Of a DNA stretch of 64,000 nt, positions 25,870 to 39,920 are shown piece by piece. The notes beneath the pieces were generated by a model that worked only from the letters and a program-made list of their open reading frames with translations, did not search any database and was not told where the DNA came from. Origin of the DNA: Octopus sinensis (Eukaryota). A program made the translations under genes and the position numbers. How positions within the stretch are numbered: position 1 is the stretch's first letter; every line of letters starts with the position of its first letter. The stretch spans positions 39,742,001 through 39,806,000 of the forward strand of contig NC_043009.1 in the NCBI RefSeq assembly GCF_006345805.1. Reading direction: 5' to 3'.

Positions 25870-26205
25870 TACGTGTTCAGTGGTCAGAGCTTTGTGTTCA
25901 CAATCATCTGATAGTGAATTCGAATCTCGGACCAGTGTGTGTGTGTGTTCTGTTCTTAAGGGTGACACTTTGTCCCACGTTGCTCGAGTTCACTCACCTG
26001 TAGAAATGAGTTGCGACGTCCCAGGTGCCAAACAGTATCGACTTTTTCCTTGGATAACATCGGTGCCGTGAAGATTATTGGGGATGGGGGTGGAATGCAT
26101 GGGTGTCTGCTGGTCTTCCATAAAGAACCTTACCCGGGATTGTGCCTCGGATGAGGAGCTTTCTAGGTGCAATCCCATAGTCTTTCATGACCAAAGGGGA
26201 TCTTT
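25870..26205 (+). mobile_element. tRNA/CORE-like SINE (another family)
   Basis: A-box-like cagtggtcagagc, B-box-like attcgaatctc, CORE-like gacacttt...gttgctc...gtagaaatgagt. Confidence 0.6.
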
Positions 26206-26659
26206 ATCCTTATGCATCAAACCGGATGCCTTGCATATGGCGAGGAACTGCTGTGCTTGTGTAAGACGCAACTCGGTTCAACACCTGGACCTGGCATCGT
26301 GAGCATCCATACCAGACTCTGTTCTAAGCAGAATGAGGATCCTTTAACTCAGTTTCCCATTCCAATAACCACTCGTTGCTCTCTCTCTCTCTCTACTTCT
26401 TTCTCCACGTTCGGAAGACTAGTAGAGAGTCATAAATACAGCTTTCATAATCACTAAAGGTTGAACACTTACAGACGCATGCGCACACTATATCACCCAC
26501 ACACGCGTGTATGAGTGTGCGTGTGTATATGTGTGTGTGTGTTTGTGACGAAACAGGATGGAAAATGTTTTGTTAATATTTATTCACCATTATACGTTTC
26601 ATTTGCAGATGTGATTCAAGAGGACATGGCTTGGATTTTACCATAGTTACATAAAAAAA

Positions 26660-26670
26660 CGTATATATAC

Positions 26671-26719
<49 letters not shown>

Positions 26720-26854
26720 TATACATATAATATATATATATAGATATATATACATATATATAATATATATTATATACATATATATATATATATATATAAT
26801 ATACATTTATATTATATATATATATACATCTATATATATATATATATATATTAC

Positions 26855-26886
<32 letters not shown>

Positions 26887-26950
26887 TATATATATATATA
26901 CATATCTATATATATATACTATATATATATATATATACATATAAATATCA

Positions 26951-27000
<50 letters not shown>
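26660..27000. repeat. (TA)n microsatellite
   Basis: Seen directly. Confidence 0.95.
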
Positions 27001-27001
<1 letters not shown>

Positions 27002-27119
27002 TACACATATATAGATGTATTTATGCAGATGTATGCTTGTGTATATAATTACGCTGTATGTCTGATTAACTAATATAACCATATGGATGTAAATCTATAA
27101 TTGGATATATACATATATA

Positions 27120-27151
<32 letters not shown>

Positions 27152-27224
27152 GCTTATGTATATTTATATATATATATAAACATACATAAATCTCTCTCTC
27201 TCCTCTCTCTCTCTCTTTCTCTCC

Positions 27225-27263
<39 letters not shown>

Positions 27264-27628
27264 CTAGCAGTATCGCCCGGCGTTGCTCGGGTTAGTAAGG
27301 GAAATAACTATAAAGCATTTTAGAGAGTTATAGCCAAAAAATGGAAAAAAATTATGGTAAATTTTTTTTTAGTTGAAAAGGTCAAGTTGCGTCCCCTAGA
27401 CAGTCTGTGGTTTGTGTTTCTGATTCTCGACCCCGACCCCTGTCGAATTTATCGATTTTTTTCAGAACTGGGGGAACTTTTCAAAATTTTCGCTGCGTTA
27501 GTTTTGAATTGGGCTATGTGTGTGTCAAGTTCATCAGAATCGGTTGAAAGCCGTGGTCAGGGTGAGGGTACAACCAAACAGACACACAGAAACACACACA
27601 GACAAACTGCCGTTTATATATAGAGAGA
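27264..27628 (-). mobile_element. Non-autonomous Helitron
   Basis: Minus strand: A|TCTCTCTATATATAAA...CCCGagcaacgcCGGG-cgatactg-CTAG|T; 5' TC, subterminal hairpin, 3' CTAG, inserted between A and T. Confidence 0.88.
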
Positions 27629-27644
27629 TAAACACACACGTATG

Positions 27645-27762
27645 TAATTGACGGTAAGCTCAAAATTTCTGCGTGTCTGCGGTTTATTCAAACTGGTTAA
27701 TTCAACACTTTTGAATAAACCGCAGGCCGACGCGATAAAACTTTTGAAGTAACTGTCAATTA
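27645..27762. repeat. Imperfect fold-back palindrome
   Basis: Perfect inner arms ctgcggtttattcaaa/tttgaataaaccgcag; outer arms taattgacggta/taactgtcaatta. Confidence 0.8.
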
Positions 27763-28418
27763 TTGTTATAATAAATATTAAATTCGACAAATGTTTGGAG
27801 TCCTTTATTCACTCAATTTTCTCTGCTTTTTTCTCATATAAAATCACTTTTATATGCACACACACTCACACATATTCACACACAGAAACACACATACACG
27901 TACGCAAATGCATACTCACACACACATACTTCCACGCATATGTATGTGTTTACAATCACATATACGTACATACATAGATAGTATATACATATGTGATATG
28001 TGTCTGCTTGTATGTTGAAAAATAAATGTTTGTATAAGCGTAAAAGCAACGTACCTATATATGGTCCCGTTCTATAGTACACATGCACAAATTCCTATGT
28101 AAACATATATATTCATATCAGGATGCATGTAAGAATAACTAAACAAAATACATAATGTCAGATATTACTCCGCTTGTTAGAATTCAAAAGCTTATTGAAT
28201 GTAGCAGGCCTGAATATTCATACATTTGTGCAAATATAATCACGTATATATTTATGGACAGACTGACAGACTAACAGACAGACAGACAGACAGAAAGACA
28301 GACAGATAAACATTCTCACTCACAGACGCTGATGAACTCGTATAAACATACACACATGTGTCTTTATTCACACAATTAGACAAATTCGCACATTTGCAGA
28401 TTCGCAACAATATCTCCA

Positions 28419-28464
<46 letters not shown>

Positions 28465-28743
28465 TATACATATATATACATTACATACACTCAGCATATG
28501 TTTGTCCGTCTGTCTATTTATACATATGAGTGTCTATGCATTAAGTAAATGTATGTACATATAAACATAAATGTTTATAAATATGCATATATTCATACAT
28601 ACATTATTACACACACACGCGCGCACGTGTGTATATATATATATATATAAATGTATACACATATATACATGAATATATATGTTTATATATACGTATGTAT
28701 ATATATGTATACGCACACACATGCACACGTTTGTATATATACT

Positions 28744-28774
<31 letters not shown>

Positions 28775-30404
28775 ATGCACACACACACATACATACATAC
28801 ATACATACATACATACATACATACATACATACATACATACATACATACATACATACATACATGCATATATATACACACACACATGTAGTATATGAATTCA
28901 TTTTCATTTCTGTATGACGTTTATGTGTGCACAGTTCATGCAATTATATAAGTTGTCATTTTCTTTTTTATGTATGTGTGAGAGCGAGTATGCAATGAGA
29001 AGTATCATTTTATCATTGGACGTTACATATTCTGTGGCATTTGCGAAACAATTTCAGCTAAAACCTACACAAAAGCCGAGGTATTCATTAAAAATGTAAT
29101 GGAAATATTTCGAATGTCAGTTTAAATTAGCCGTTCTGATGCTACAAAGAATGTCATTGTTAGACAAAGCTAAAGTCAGTAATAGCGAATGAATAGTCAT
29201 TAAAACTTAATGCAATGAAAGCTGTACACTTTTACAGCATGTCGTAATTCAAAGTGACAATTCCCCTTACGATTTGTCTCGCAAATAGGCTCAGTAAAAT
29301 ATCCATAGGCTCGATATTTCCCCATGAGATATCTGAATATATAATATTATCAAGGTGCAGTACTAATATGAATGACTGTTATAATAAATATTACCATGTA
29401 TATTATTGTTGAAATATCATAAGTGAAATATGTGCAGGATTTTCGACATATAAGTCAACATAGCATATAGAGTAAATATCATTACTGTCTTTTCAAATTC
29501 TACTGCATTTCACATTACGCTACTGTTGATCTCGTCAGTATTACTGTTATTTTATTTTTCATTTATTTAAATTCAGTTTCTTTCCATTTAGTTTAGGTAT
29601 TGGTATGAGAGGGTATGAGGTATTTCTCATCCTCCAAAGTCGTCATGGTGTATAAGTCGACCTATATTCTTCCCCGTAAGTGATCTAAAATTGGTAAATG
29701 TATGCCGGAAGGTACATTATTGGCTGGTTTCTTCCTTTCCGTTTTCACACTTACACTTTCTGTTATAAAGCTAAAGTAGTGACAAAACAATAGTGTAGTG
29801 ACCGAAATGTGATCCAGTTTTGCTGTAAAATAGTTCTGTCTTCCTTTTTTTTTTTCAGATGTATTTCTAGAAATTTGTCATCAAATGCACCCGTAAATTT
29901 TCATGTGTAATTTGCTACTTCTTCCAGACAAGACGAACATCGTACTGTCTACCAGAAGTTGCGGATAAATTTCACCTTAGTCAGCTGGTTTGGGAATAGC
30001 AATCAAAAACGGAGCTAAAATAAGTAGCAGCCAAAAGCCTTCTTTGCTGACATGTCATGACACTGATTCATTATGTATATCGAGGCAAGCTGACCTAGGA
30101 TTTTGAGTATGGGTCTTGTTTTCCTCGATAGGATACGTAACTCGGAGATCAATGAGTTGCTTCAAGGTGAGTCATTACTTCTCCGCATTGAGCAGTCATA
30201 GCTCCGGTCCGAAATTGCGGACATATAACCAATGTGCCTCTGGACAGTGTTTACAGACAAGGCCAATAAAAAGGTGACCTAGGAGAAGACTACAAGGGAG
30301 ATGGTTGGATAATATACTTAGCCTCTGTTGGTATTGTTTGCGAATCCAGGTAGAGCATTTGCTGATTGATAACTGCGTTTGACAAGGAACGATAGAGCGG
30401 CTGT

Positions 30405-30725
30405 GAAGGCGCGTGGATTAGTGGTTAGGGCCTTCGGCTCACGATTGTAAGGTCATGAGTTCGATTCCCGGCGACGCTTTGTGTCATTTAGCAAGACACT
30501 TTATTTCACATTGCTCCAGTCCACTCAGCTGGCAAAAATGTTTATTACCTGTATTTCAAAGGGCCGGTTTTGTCACACTTTGTGTCACGTTGAATCACCC
30601 TGAGAACTACGTTAGGGGTATGCGTGTCTGTGGATTGCTCAGTCACTTGCACGTTAATTTCATGAGCAGGCTGTTCCGTTGATCGTATCAGCTGGGACCC
30701 TCGTCGTAACCGACGGAGTGCTCCT
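30405..30725 (+). mobile_element. tRNA-derived SINE with family-C 3' half but a different head and CORE-like middle
   Basis: Head gaaggcgcgtggattagtggttagg...gagttcgattcc; tail aggctgttccgttgatc...gacggagtgct as in 32212-32598; flanking repeat gcggctgt. Confidence 0.85.
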
Positions 30726-31535
30726 ACAGTGCGGCTGTCCAAGTATTCTTCTCTCAGAACTCCCACATGAATAAGTGGGTGATGAATATATATATATAGA
30801 TGCATGAATGATTTCAAAATAAATAATAGAATAATCAATAGAAACCTGTCAGCTTTAAATGACGTTTTATAGATTAATTTATTATGTGTTTATTTAAATG
30901 ACTGACTAAATATAAATTGATTAATATATTATAAATATAAACGTATATATGATTATACTATTTGCATTTGGTGTTGAAGATTATCATACAAGTTTATTCT
31001 TGTTTTGTGATTTTTGTGTATGAAAGGAATATTTTCAATTTTTAGTGGTAAGTTTTAAATTATCAAAATTAAAATATTTTTTGAAATAGTAGATCTCGAA
31101 GCACATATAGCTATAAATAATAAAAAGGTTAAGAAAAATCCTTTGCATAGAAAAAACAAATTCGAAGACTGATGTGCATATCATAATTTAATCTTTCTAA
31201 TATAAGTATGGTTGTTTTCCAAATAAATATTTAAATGGAGCTAAATCAAATGAATCGTGTAAAGCAGGATTAAATCTGAAATTCCCTCGTATTTGCATTT
31301 ATTCACTTTTTTCAAAACATTAACGTGCTTGTGATGGAATAGGAAAAATATTCTTAAAATTCAAGGGTTATTATTATTTATCTTCAGTTTACCACTGATC
31401 GATTTTCTAAGAACAATTCTTGTTAAAGTGATAGAATTTATTCCAACTAGCAAGAAAGAGAGAAGGCTAACATTTCGGACAAAGATCTTTTAAGACTAGA
31501 AAGACCACGAAATATGTGTTTCTACTTGATAAAAT

Positions 31536-31854
31536 GTGGAGGCGGATTGGCCCAGTGATTAGGGCAGCAGTCTTGCGGTTGGAGGATCGTGGTTTCGATT
31601 CCCAGACCGGGGGTTGTGTGCGTTTATTGAGCGGAAACACCTAAAGCTCCACGAGGCTTCAGCAGGGGGTGGTGGCAACCCCAGTTGTACTCTTTCGTCC
31701 CAACTTTCTCTCACTCTTTCTTACTGTTTCTTGAGTAACGCTGCGATGGACTGGCGACCTGTCCAGCTGGAGGGGGGGACACATACGCCACAGAAACTGG
31801 GAAACCGGGCCCATGAGCCTGGCTAGGCTTGATAAAGGGTGCAAAAGAAAAAAG
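31536..31854 (+). mobile_element. tRNA-derived SINE with family-C 5' half but a different 3' half (Meta/V-domain-like)
   Basis: Perfect 12-bp TSD acttgataaaat; central ctgcgatggactggcgacctgtccag; A-rich end. Confidence 0.85.
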
Positions 31855-32211
31855 ACTTGATAAAATATGATCAGATAAAAAAATTTTTAGATGTTATCAG
31901 ATTAGCATTGCAAGAAGATATTCTTCTCGAGAATTTTCCGTCGGTTTAATATCCTGAACCAAATTATACAACTTTGGTAAATTTGAGAAATTCAAACACT
32001 TCACGATAACGTTTACAGTGAATTAACCTGTCTTCATGCTAAATATCCTGCTTAACCGAGATTGATTTCCTTGATATTCCTTAAATCCTTAAAAATGTTT
32101 TAGCTCGAAGGCCGCGGCCATGCTGGGGCACCACCGCATTAATAACAAACAACCTTACTAACAAACACTTAAGAACGGGTTTAACTCTGACATCCGATTA
32201 CATCTCCATTT

Positions 32212-32598
32212 GTGGAGGCGCAATGGCCCAGTGGTTAGAGCAGCGGACTCGCGGTCATAGGATCGCGGTTTCGATTCCCAGACCGGGCGTTGTGAGTGTT
32301 TATTGAGCGAAAACACCTAAAAGTTCCACGAGGCTCCGGCAGGGGATGGTGGTGATCCCTGCTGTACTCTTTCACCACAACTTTCTCTCACTCTTACTTC
32401 CTGTTTCTGTTGTACCTGTATTTCCAAGGGCCGGCCTTGTCACTCTCTGTGTCACGCTGAATATCCCCGAGAACTACGTTAAGGGTACACGTGTCTGTGG
32501 AGTGCTCAGCCACTTACACGTTAATTTCACGAGCAGGCTGTTCCGTTGATTCGGATCAACCGGAACCCTCGTCGTCGTAACCGACGGAGTGCTTCCAC
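32212..32598 (+). mobile_element. Young tRNA-derived SINE (family C)
   Basis: A box tggcccagtgg, B box ggtttcgattcc; perfect 12-bp TSD acatctccattt. Confidence 0.93.
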
Positions 32599-32659
32599 AC
32601 ATCTCCATTTATGGAAGACATAAAAAAATAAGGGTGTTTACTCGCATGAAACTTTAAAG

Positions 32660-32949
32660 CAGTGGTTCCTACACCTTTTCAGACTGCCGCTCCCTTGGCA
32701 CCCAGGCCACTTTCCTAGCGCCCCCACCCCCACTAACTTTCCACCACAAACATAGACATGTTTCTGAAACAAATTCAAAATCACTGCATTTCACAAATAA
32801 AACCTAACATAATTAACTTATTATTTTGTTGTTTTTATATTAATTGCTCCCTTTTGGCTATCTCATTATCACCCCTCTTTTCTTCAACGCCCCCTTGGAA
32901 CTTTCCACCGCCTCCAGTGGGGCGTTACCACCCACTTTGGGAACCACTA
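32660..32949. mobile_element. hAT (Charlie-like) MITE
   Basis: Termini cagtggttcc...ggaaccacta; degenerate 8-bp flanks ctttaaag/catcgaag. Confidence 0.65.
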
Positions 32950-33074
32950 CATCGAAGTATTTGTGGAACATTAAATCTCTATCAAAAATGGTGAAATATG
33001 TACCCTATACAGTATAAGTATTCTTTTATTTCGACTGTACGCATAAACACGTTTCTATATGTATGTGCATCTCT

Positions 33075-33220
33075 TTTACATTTTTACTTCTTTCAGTTAT
33101 TTGACTGCGGCTATCCTGGAGCACAGCTTTAAAGGGCCCATTCTTTGTAAGCCTCGAATGCACTCTATCGGTCGCTTTTTGCCGAACTGCTAGAATACGG
33201 AGACCAGCATCGATTGTCAG
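33075..33220 (-). mobile_element. Family A SINE 3' fragment
   Basis: tttcagttatttgactgcggc...ctatcggtcgctttttgccgaactgct. Confidence 0.7.
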
Positions 33221-33399
33221 GAAAGAGAGAGAGGGGGGAGAGTGAAACAGATAAATATATGTATGTGTATATATATATATTTCTACATATATATGCATAT
33301 ATACACACACGCATGCACATACATATGCATACACATGCGCACACACAGGCGTGCGCGTATATTGTAATAATGTAATATATTTTATGTTCATTATTTACA

Positions 33400-33505
33400 T
33401 TATTTACATTTGACGGATATTTGTTGTTCACACAAACAAGATGAGGACAAATATCCGTCAAATGTAAATAAAGTACGTAATTCTTCATCTCTTAAATATA
33501 GAACG
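33400..33505. repeat. Short fold-back palindrome (25-bp perfect arms) with one-sided tail
   Basis: ttatttacatttgacggatatttgt / acaaatatccgtcaaatgtaaataa, then agtacgtaattcttcatctcttaaatatagaac. Confidence 0.85.
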
Positions 33506-33581
33506 ATATTTTATGTTCTTCAAATATTATGTGATGTAAAACTAATATAAAAGTGAAGTTTATTGAGAAAGGGTGTGTATA

Positions 33582-34093
33582 TCTATATATATAAAACTGT
33601 AGTTGTGTGAGTGTCTGTCCCCTTCGATTTAGATTCCTAACTACTGCCACATTTTGCGGTGCAATTTAACCAAATTCGGGTATCTTATAGTCGTGATTCA
33701 TATCGAGCCCGTCTGAGTATTAGCGCGCGTTTACGATGAGTCTACGATTTTAAAAATAATTTAACATCATTTTTTAGTCCATTTTAATGCATGATTTTTC
33801 GTGTGTCGATGGCGGCGGAGTTGGCGTCCATGGTCACACCTGCACCTGTTTGCTTCTCCCCCTTCTTCCCTCCCACGTGAAGTTGTGGGGAAGGGAGTGT
33901 AAGGAAATCAACGTCGTAAAGCATTGTGAAGGAGACCAGCGTCCTTTTAGAACAACGACTTCATGGCTTGAAGACACCAAAACAGAAATGGCTAAGAAAG
34001 CCCGAATTGGCATCTATAAGGGAAGTAACTCTCTAAAATGCTTATATAGTTATTTCCCTTACAAACCCGAGCAACGCCGGGCGATACTGCTAG
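33582..34093 (+). mobile_element. Non-autonomous Helitron
   Basis: A|TCTATATATATAAAA...CCCGagcaacgcCGGG-cgatactg-CTAG|T; last ~68 bp shared with 27264-27628. Confidence 0.88.
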
Positions 34094-34249
34094 TATTATA
34101 TATTCCTTTCTACGATAGACACAAAGGCCTGGAAATTCGATTACATGGACCTCAGCGTTCAACTGATACTTATTTTATTTGAACTCAGAACATAAAGATA
34201 GACGAAATATATGTCGTAAAGCATTCTGCTCAGGGTGCTGATAATTCTT

Positions 34250-34480
34250 ATTTCTTTATTGCCCACAAGGGGCTAAACATAGAGGGGACAAACAAGGACA
34301 GACAAACGGATTAAGTCGATTACATCGACCCCAGTGCGTAACTGGTACTTATTTAATCGACCCCGAAAGGATGAAAGGCAAAGTCGACCTCGGCGGAATT
34401 TGAACTCAGAACGTACCGGCAGTCGAAATACCGCAAAGCATTTCGCCCGGCGTGCTAACGTTTCTGCCAGCTCACCGCCT
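34250..34480 (-). mobile_element. Family B (Nin/Deu-domain) SINE, full length, abutting an older degenerate copy (~34105-34248)
   Basis: Near-identical to 45064-45292. Confidence 0.9.
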
Positions 34481-35684
34481 TAGAGCGTGTATATATTGTT
34501 GTATATTTTTGAGCAGTATATAAAAGCGATGCACAGTGTTCTCTGGTTGTTATGTTCTCGACTCGTTCTCAGCATTAGCAGCTTGCATGAGTATGTCAAT
34601 CTCTATTTCTCTTAGAGAAGCACACCTATTTATCAAGCTGTGTACAGAGGAAATGCGTGCTCTGCAGTGAAAACTATTGTATATTTTAAATAATTATGGA
34701 TCGTTCTTGCCACGTTCGGGAAGAGAGCTAAAGAATCATAAATTGACCAATCAGAAAACAGCATTTTCTGGCAGTCAGGATCTATGAAACCTACAATGCC
34801 TTATTGTCAGCTAATTGTTTGGCATTGTTCTCTTTTCAGCTAGGCGATTCTCTATAGTGCTTGCACGCTCCTTGACACCGACTAACATATAAAATAACTA
34901 TAGGCGTTTTAACGTTAAACAAGTGTTCTTGAATACCTCTGCGCTCTATAGATGTCATATCTGAATAAAACTTATGCAAAAGATTGGCGATTTAAAGAAT
35001 TGCATTTATAACAACGAGTGGATACATAGAAGAACTTAGAGAAGGTGGAAGGTGGGTGACCTCCTAAAGATCAGAATCTAAGAACGTCAGAAGACTTTGA
35101 TATGAGGTCAACAACACAAGCAACAGCAGAATATATCTGCTAGGGAGGCGGAAATTACATGCAACTATAGAAATATTTTTCCCATTATAATCGAAGAACT
35201 ATATTGTAGACAAAGAATGACACTGCAAAAAGTAAATCAATGAGATAAAAGATAGAGTGTTGATAACTTAATTAGAAAATGCAGTAGGAGCCTACATATC
35301 GCAGTTTTCATTATTGAATTAAGCTTAAATTTCATCATAATTGACATTTAATTATTTCGATTGCGTCGTATGAGGAAAAACGAGCCTTGAACAGCTAGAT
35401 CAGAAATAGAATACTTTGGAACAATCCCAAGGATATGTAAGATAATTGTTTCCAAAGATGTGCAAAGAATCGACTGAAGAAATAAACTGGGACAGAGATA
35501 TAGAAATAACAATCAACGAAAACTACATTAGTTTATAAATCATCATAAAACAAATGCACATGTAATTGGATGGCTGTATTTTACAAGATTTTGTAAACAG
35601 ATTTTTATTAGTTTAAATATATATAGTGTTTCCAGCAAGTATGTGTACGTGTGCTAATGCATGTAAATATGCTTGTGTGCCTGC

Positions 35685-35726
<42 letters not shown>

Positions 35727-35817
35727 CTCTGCCTGTCTGTCTATCTATCTGTCTATCTATTTGTCTATTCCCCCTCACCCACGTTATATATATATATATG
35801 TATGTACGCATATATAT

Positions 35818-35857
<40 letters not shown>

Positions 35858-37016
35858 GTAGATATATATATATATATATATATACAAACATATATACATA
35901 TATACATACATAGATACTTATATGAATAGCTATATATATATGTATATATATACTTATACTCATATATATAGTTACTTGTACATATGTGTATATATGTGAG
36001 TGTGTGTGTGTGTGTGTGTCTGTGTGAGTGTGCGTGTGTTTGCGTTTGTGTGTGTGTAAACATCATGTAGAGTGTAGAAGAAAATATTGTTTCTATGAAT
36101 ACTACTGCACATTTACTAAATTAAGAAAACAAGTCTTTATTTTTTTTCTTTTAAGTTTTACGTTCTTTCCTATTTGCCCAAACCTATCTGTTACTCTTCC
36201 TTTTCTTTTTCTTTTTACCTAAATCACTCCTTTTCGTCCTATTATTTCCTGTACTTCCCTAAACCCCTACCATTATAAACTAGTTCACTTCCTTCTATTT
36301 TCTTTTTCTTTTTTCTTTTTTATCTCTCTGTTTTTACCTCCTTTATTTTTTCCATATTACCGATCGAGAGAATTGTTTGAAATGCAAACATTTTGCAGCT
36401 TGCCAATCTTTCAAAGTAGATGAAGAAACCTGATTGTCCGGAATAGAACAGGGCGTTCTTTGTTTGAGTGAATTAATCAATAACACGGTGAATATTTTTT
36501 TTTTTTATGTCTTTGAGCGAAAATGTTACATTTTGGAATGAATCCATAGTGTTATCTTTTATCATCAGTAATCTGGCAACTTTATCATATTATTCTAAAC
36601 GAAGACCTATTCAGTGAATGGTCTGATCAGCTTAATTTAAGCATGTCACTAACACAATAATATATTTTGGTATCTTTGTTCTAATAATTTGATATCCTCA
36701 AAAACAAGTCTGTAATAAGATTGTGTTTGTTTATTTTCTTTCCTTCATAGTTCCGGGAGATATTGATGTTAGACTTACATAATAAGTATTGCAGAGAATC
36801 ATGTCTTGTACATCTCTCTAGCTGTCATATTAATCTTCAGAGTCTACCACCATTCTTATGCTGATTACCAATGTATTCTGTAATCGTAAACATCAATGCT
36901 GAACTCAGAAGCCTTTACAGCGAGATTATTGTTTGTATTAAACACTTCTGTGATAAAATTACCATTGTAGCAATTTTAAGGGAAAATGAACATGCATCGA
37001 TATCCTTCACAAATTC

Positions 37017-37227
37017 CTTTATTTACTCTTTTACTTGTTTCAGTCATTTGAACTGCGGCCATGCTGGAGCACCGCCTTTATTCGAGAAAATCGACCCAGG
37101 ACTTATTCTTTGTAATCCTAGTACTTATTCTATCGGTCTCTATTGCGGAACAGCCAAGTTACGAGGATGTAAATACACCAGCATCGATTGTCAAGCGATG
37201 TTGGGGGGGACAAACACAGACACACAA

Positions 37228-37260
<33 letters not shown>

Positions 37261-37412
37261 CATATGCATGTATACGACGGGCTTCTTTCAGTTTCTGTCT
37301 ACTAAATCCACCCACAAGGCTTTGGTCAGCCCGAGGCTATAGTAGAAAACACTTGCCCAAGGTGCCACGCAGTGGGACTGAACCCGGAACCATGTGGTTG
37401 ATAAGCAAGCTA
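37017..37412 (-). mobile_element. Family A SINE with internal (CA)n/(TA)n
   Basis: Homologous to the reverse complement of 58855-59312. Confidence 0.9.
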
Positions 37413-37859
37413 AGGCCTTGGACATGCATATGGCCGTGTGTTTAAGAAGTTTGCATGGTAGTTGTACGACTTCGGATCGACTCTACAATGCGGTACATTG
37501 AGCAAGTGCTTTCCCTCACTTTCGAGTTGCCTCAAGCCATGTGAGGGATATTATGCAGTTGGTAAGTGTTCAAAGCTTGTCAAATGTACTCTACCAGTTC
37601 TGAAGCGGTGCATTTAAATCGTTACGACGTTCAATACCGTTATGTGATCTTTCGCAGTTTGACTCTGTTGTCAGTATTTGGACCATACCTGGTCTAAAAG
37701 TAAATAGATAAGAGGCTAGTGTTTGCAACAGGAACCCATGGATTCTTTTTTGTTTCTCTTTGTTTCCTACTAATCTTGAAGATTCAACAAAAAGATCCAT
37801 AGATGTTAATTTTGTTCCGCTGACCTGGCCGTCAGACTTGTTCCCATGAATCACTGCAT

Positions 37860-38070
37860 CTAATTTAGGCACAAATTAGCAATTGTGAGTGGGAGAGTTG
37901 AGCCGATACCATCGATTCAGTAATGTGACTGTAACTTTATTTTATCAACTCCCAGAAAGATGAGAGCTGAAGGCCATCCTGCCTGATAGGATTTGAACAC
38001 AGACCGTAAAAGGTCGAAAGAAGCACCGCCAAGCATTTATTCGGAAGCTCTAATGACTCTGCCAGCTCAG
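37860..38070 (-). mobile_element. Old family B-related SINE
   Basis: ttttatcaactccc...gaaagatga...gatttgaacacaga...aagcatt...tctgccagctc. Confidence 0.65.
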
Positions 38071-39165
38071 TACACATCTTATTTGTGCTGAAAATGTATG
38101 ACTAAACCCAGATCTATAAATAATAAAGTCTTCTACGTTTTGCATATGACACTACTTATAGACATTCATATCACGATAAACACCAGTCATTGTTAATTAT
38201 TTTAGTTGTTAATAATGTGCTTATAAGGAGCAGTTTCGATATGTACATCATCATTGGATTGTCAAAGTAATTTGAATAATATTATGCCAATTATTGTAAC
38301 GTTTGAATTCTTCAATATTTGCAGTAACGGAGAAGGAAAATGGGAGACATGGAGTTTCAGAAGATTCTACATTTAGAGAAGATAGATATTGCACTAAAGT
38401 CTTTAAAGCGAAGGACAGAAGATGCAATGTAGCAGAGATGAGGTCAGATTTTCCAGCTTGCGAGAAGCACACTTCTTCTGGCCTCCAAGGCGGTTGCTAC
38501 AGTATGGGAGAAAGAACTGCGTATGATATAAATAGACTAGCAAGACAATTTTGGCCATATATTCTAACTGGATACTGAAAATCCTGGCTATTAGTACAAT
38601 AGCATCAACAACAAGTATATATACTCAACGTATCTTGAATAACATGGAAACGAATTCGGCAGATGCACACAAAGAAATGGAAATATTGACACCAGCCTCC
38701 TCCTCAGACGCTTTACGCTTTTTCTGATGCTAACAAATTTAATTGATATTTTAAACATTTGGGTTCGTTTATAAATGCTATGGTAGAACAATCAACCACC
38801 TTTTGTTTTGGGACTGCTTCAAGTTATAAACTGAAAAAGATAAACAACTGGAAACATATCTGTAGATATTTCACAGATTTACGAAAGAAATTAATAGGGA
38901 AAATGCATCAAGGCAATCTTGAGGGTAGAAAAATTACCAAAGAAGGCTAATAACATAAAGATTAAGAAACAAATATGAGATAATTAAATACACCTAATCC
39001 TAATATTGAAATTCTTTGAAATCAATGCATCAGATAATGTTCAACTCACACTTGAAAAAATAGTTAAGAGAAATAAAAACTGAACTAAATGTACGAATTA
39101 AAGTAATAAGTATTAATATCTCAGCTACCCGGGGAATAATTTATAGTTGTAATATTTTAATTTAA

Positions 39166-39388
39166 TATAAAGCAAAGAGCTGGCAGAATGATTAACACGC
39201 CGGGTAAAATACTTAGCGGAATTCCGTCCGTCTTTCTATTCTGATTTCAAATTCCACTGTGGTCAATTTTGCTTCTTTTCCTTTCTGCGTCGATAAGATA
39301 AGAACCTGTTGGATACTGTGTTTGATGTAATCGACTTACCTTCTTAACCACGATCGTCAGCGTTATACCAAAATTGGAAACCAATATA
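39166..39388 (+). mobile_element. Old family B-related SINE (tandem partner of 44976-45449)
   Basis: Shares diagnostic strings with 44976-45449 (aatataaagcaa, gattaacacgccgggtaaaat, cttcttaaccac, gaaaccaatat). Confidence 0.8.
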
Positions 39389-39920
39389 TAATTCTTTACT
39401 ACCCACAAGGGGCTAAACATAGAGGGGACAAACAAGGACAGACAAACGGATTAAATCGATTTCATAGACCCCAGTGCGAAACTGGTACTTTATTTATCGA
39501 CCCAGAAAGGATGAAAGGCAAAGTCGACCTCGGCGGAATTTGAACTCAGAATGTAACGGCAGACGAAATACGAATTTCTTTATTGCCCACCGGGGGCCAA
39601 ACATAGATATGGACAGTACAACTGATGGGATCAGTGAATCGATATGATTTTACATAAATGTGACATCAAAAATAAAATACAATACATAAAAATCGAATGG
39701 AATACACAGTACAAAAACAATACAAATGAAGCGATGATCAAGTTACGCTCCGATCCCACAAGCCCCGATCTACCGCTGATACCTTTTTATTTTTCCTTTT
39801 TTTTTTTTTCCTCGTCTATTCACACGGTTCCTTGCACGCACAACACTCGTGCAACATACTTCCATCTCTTTTGGAACGTACACTCTGACAGACACCTCTT
39901 CTCCAGCCACAGTTTCCTTT

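Noticed and set aside
29840-29900. Strong polypyrimidine tract plus CAG, suggesting a splice acceptor
   Set aside because: Only a weak donor and a ~12-codon unrecognisable peptide follow; cannot be supported without transcripts.
32212-32290. tRNA-like sequence (also at 24795-24870 and 31536-31612)
   Set aside because: These are SINE heads followed by SINE bodies and TSDs, not tRNA genes.
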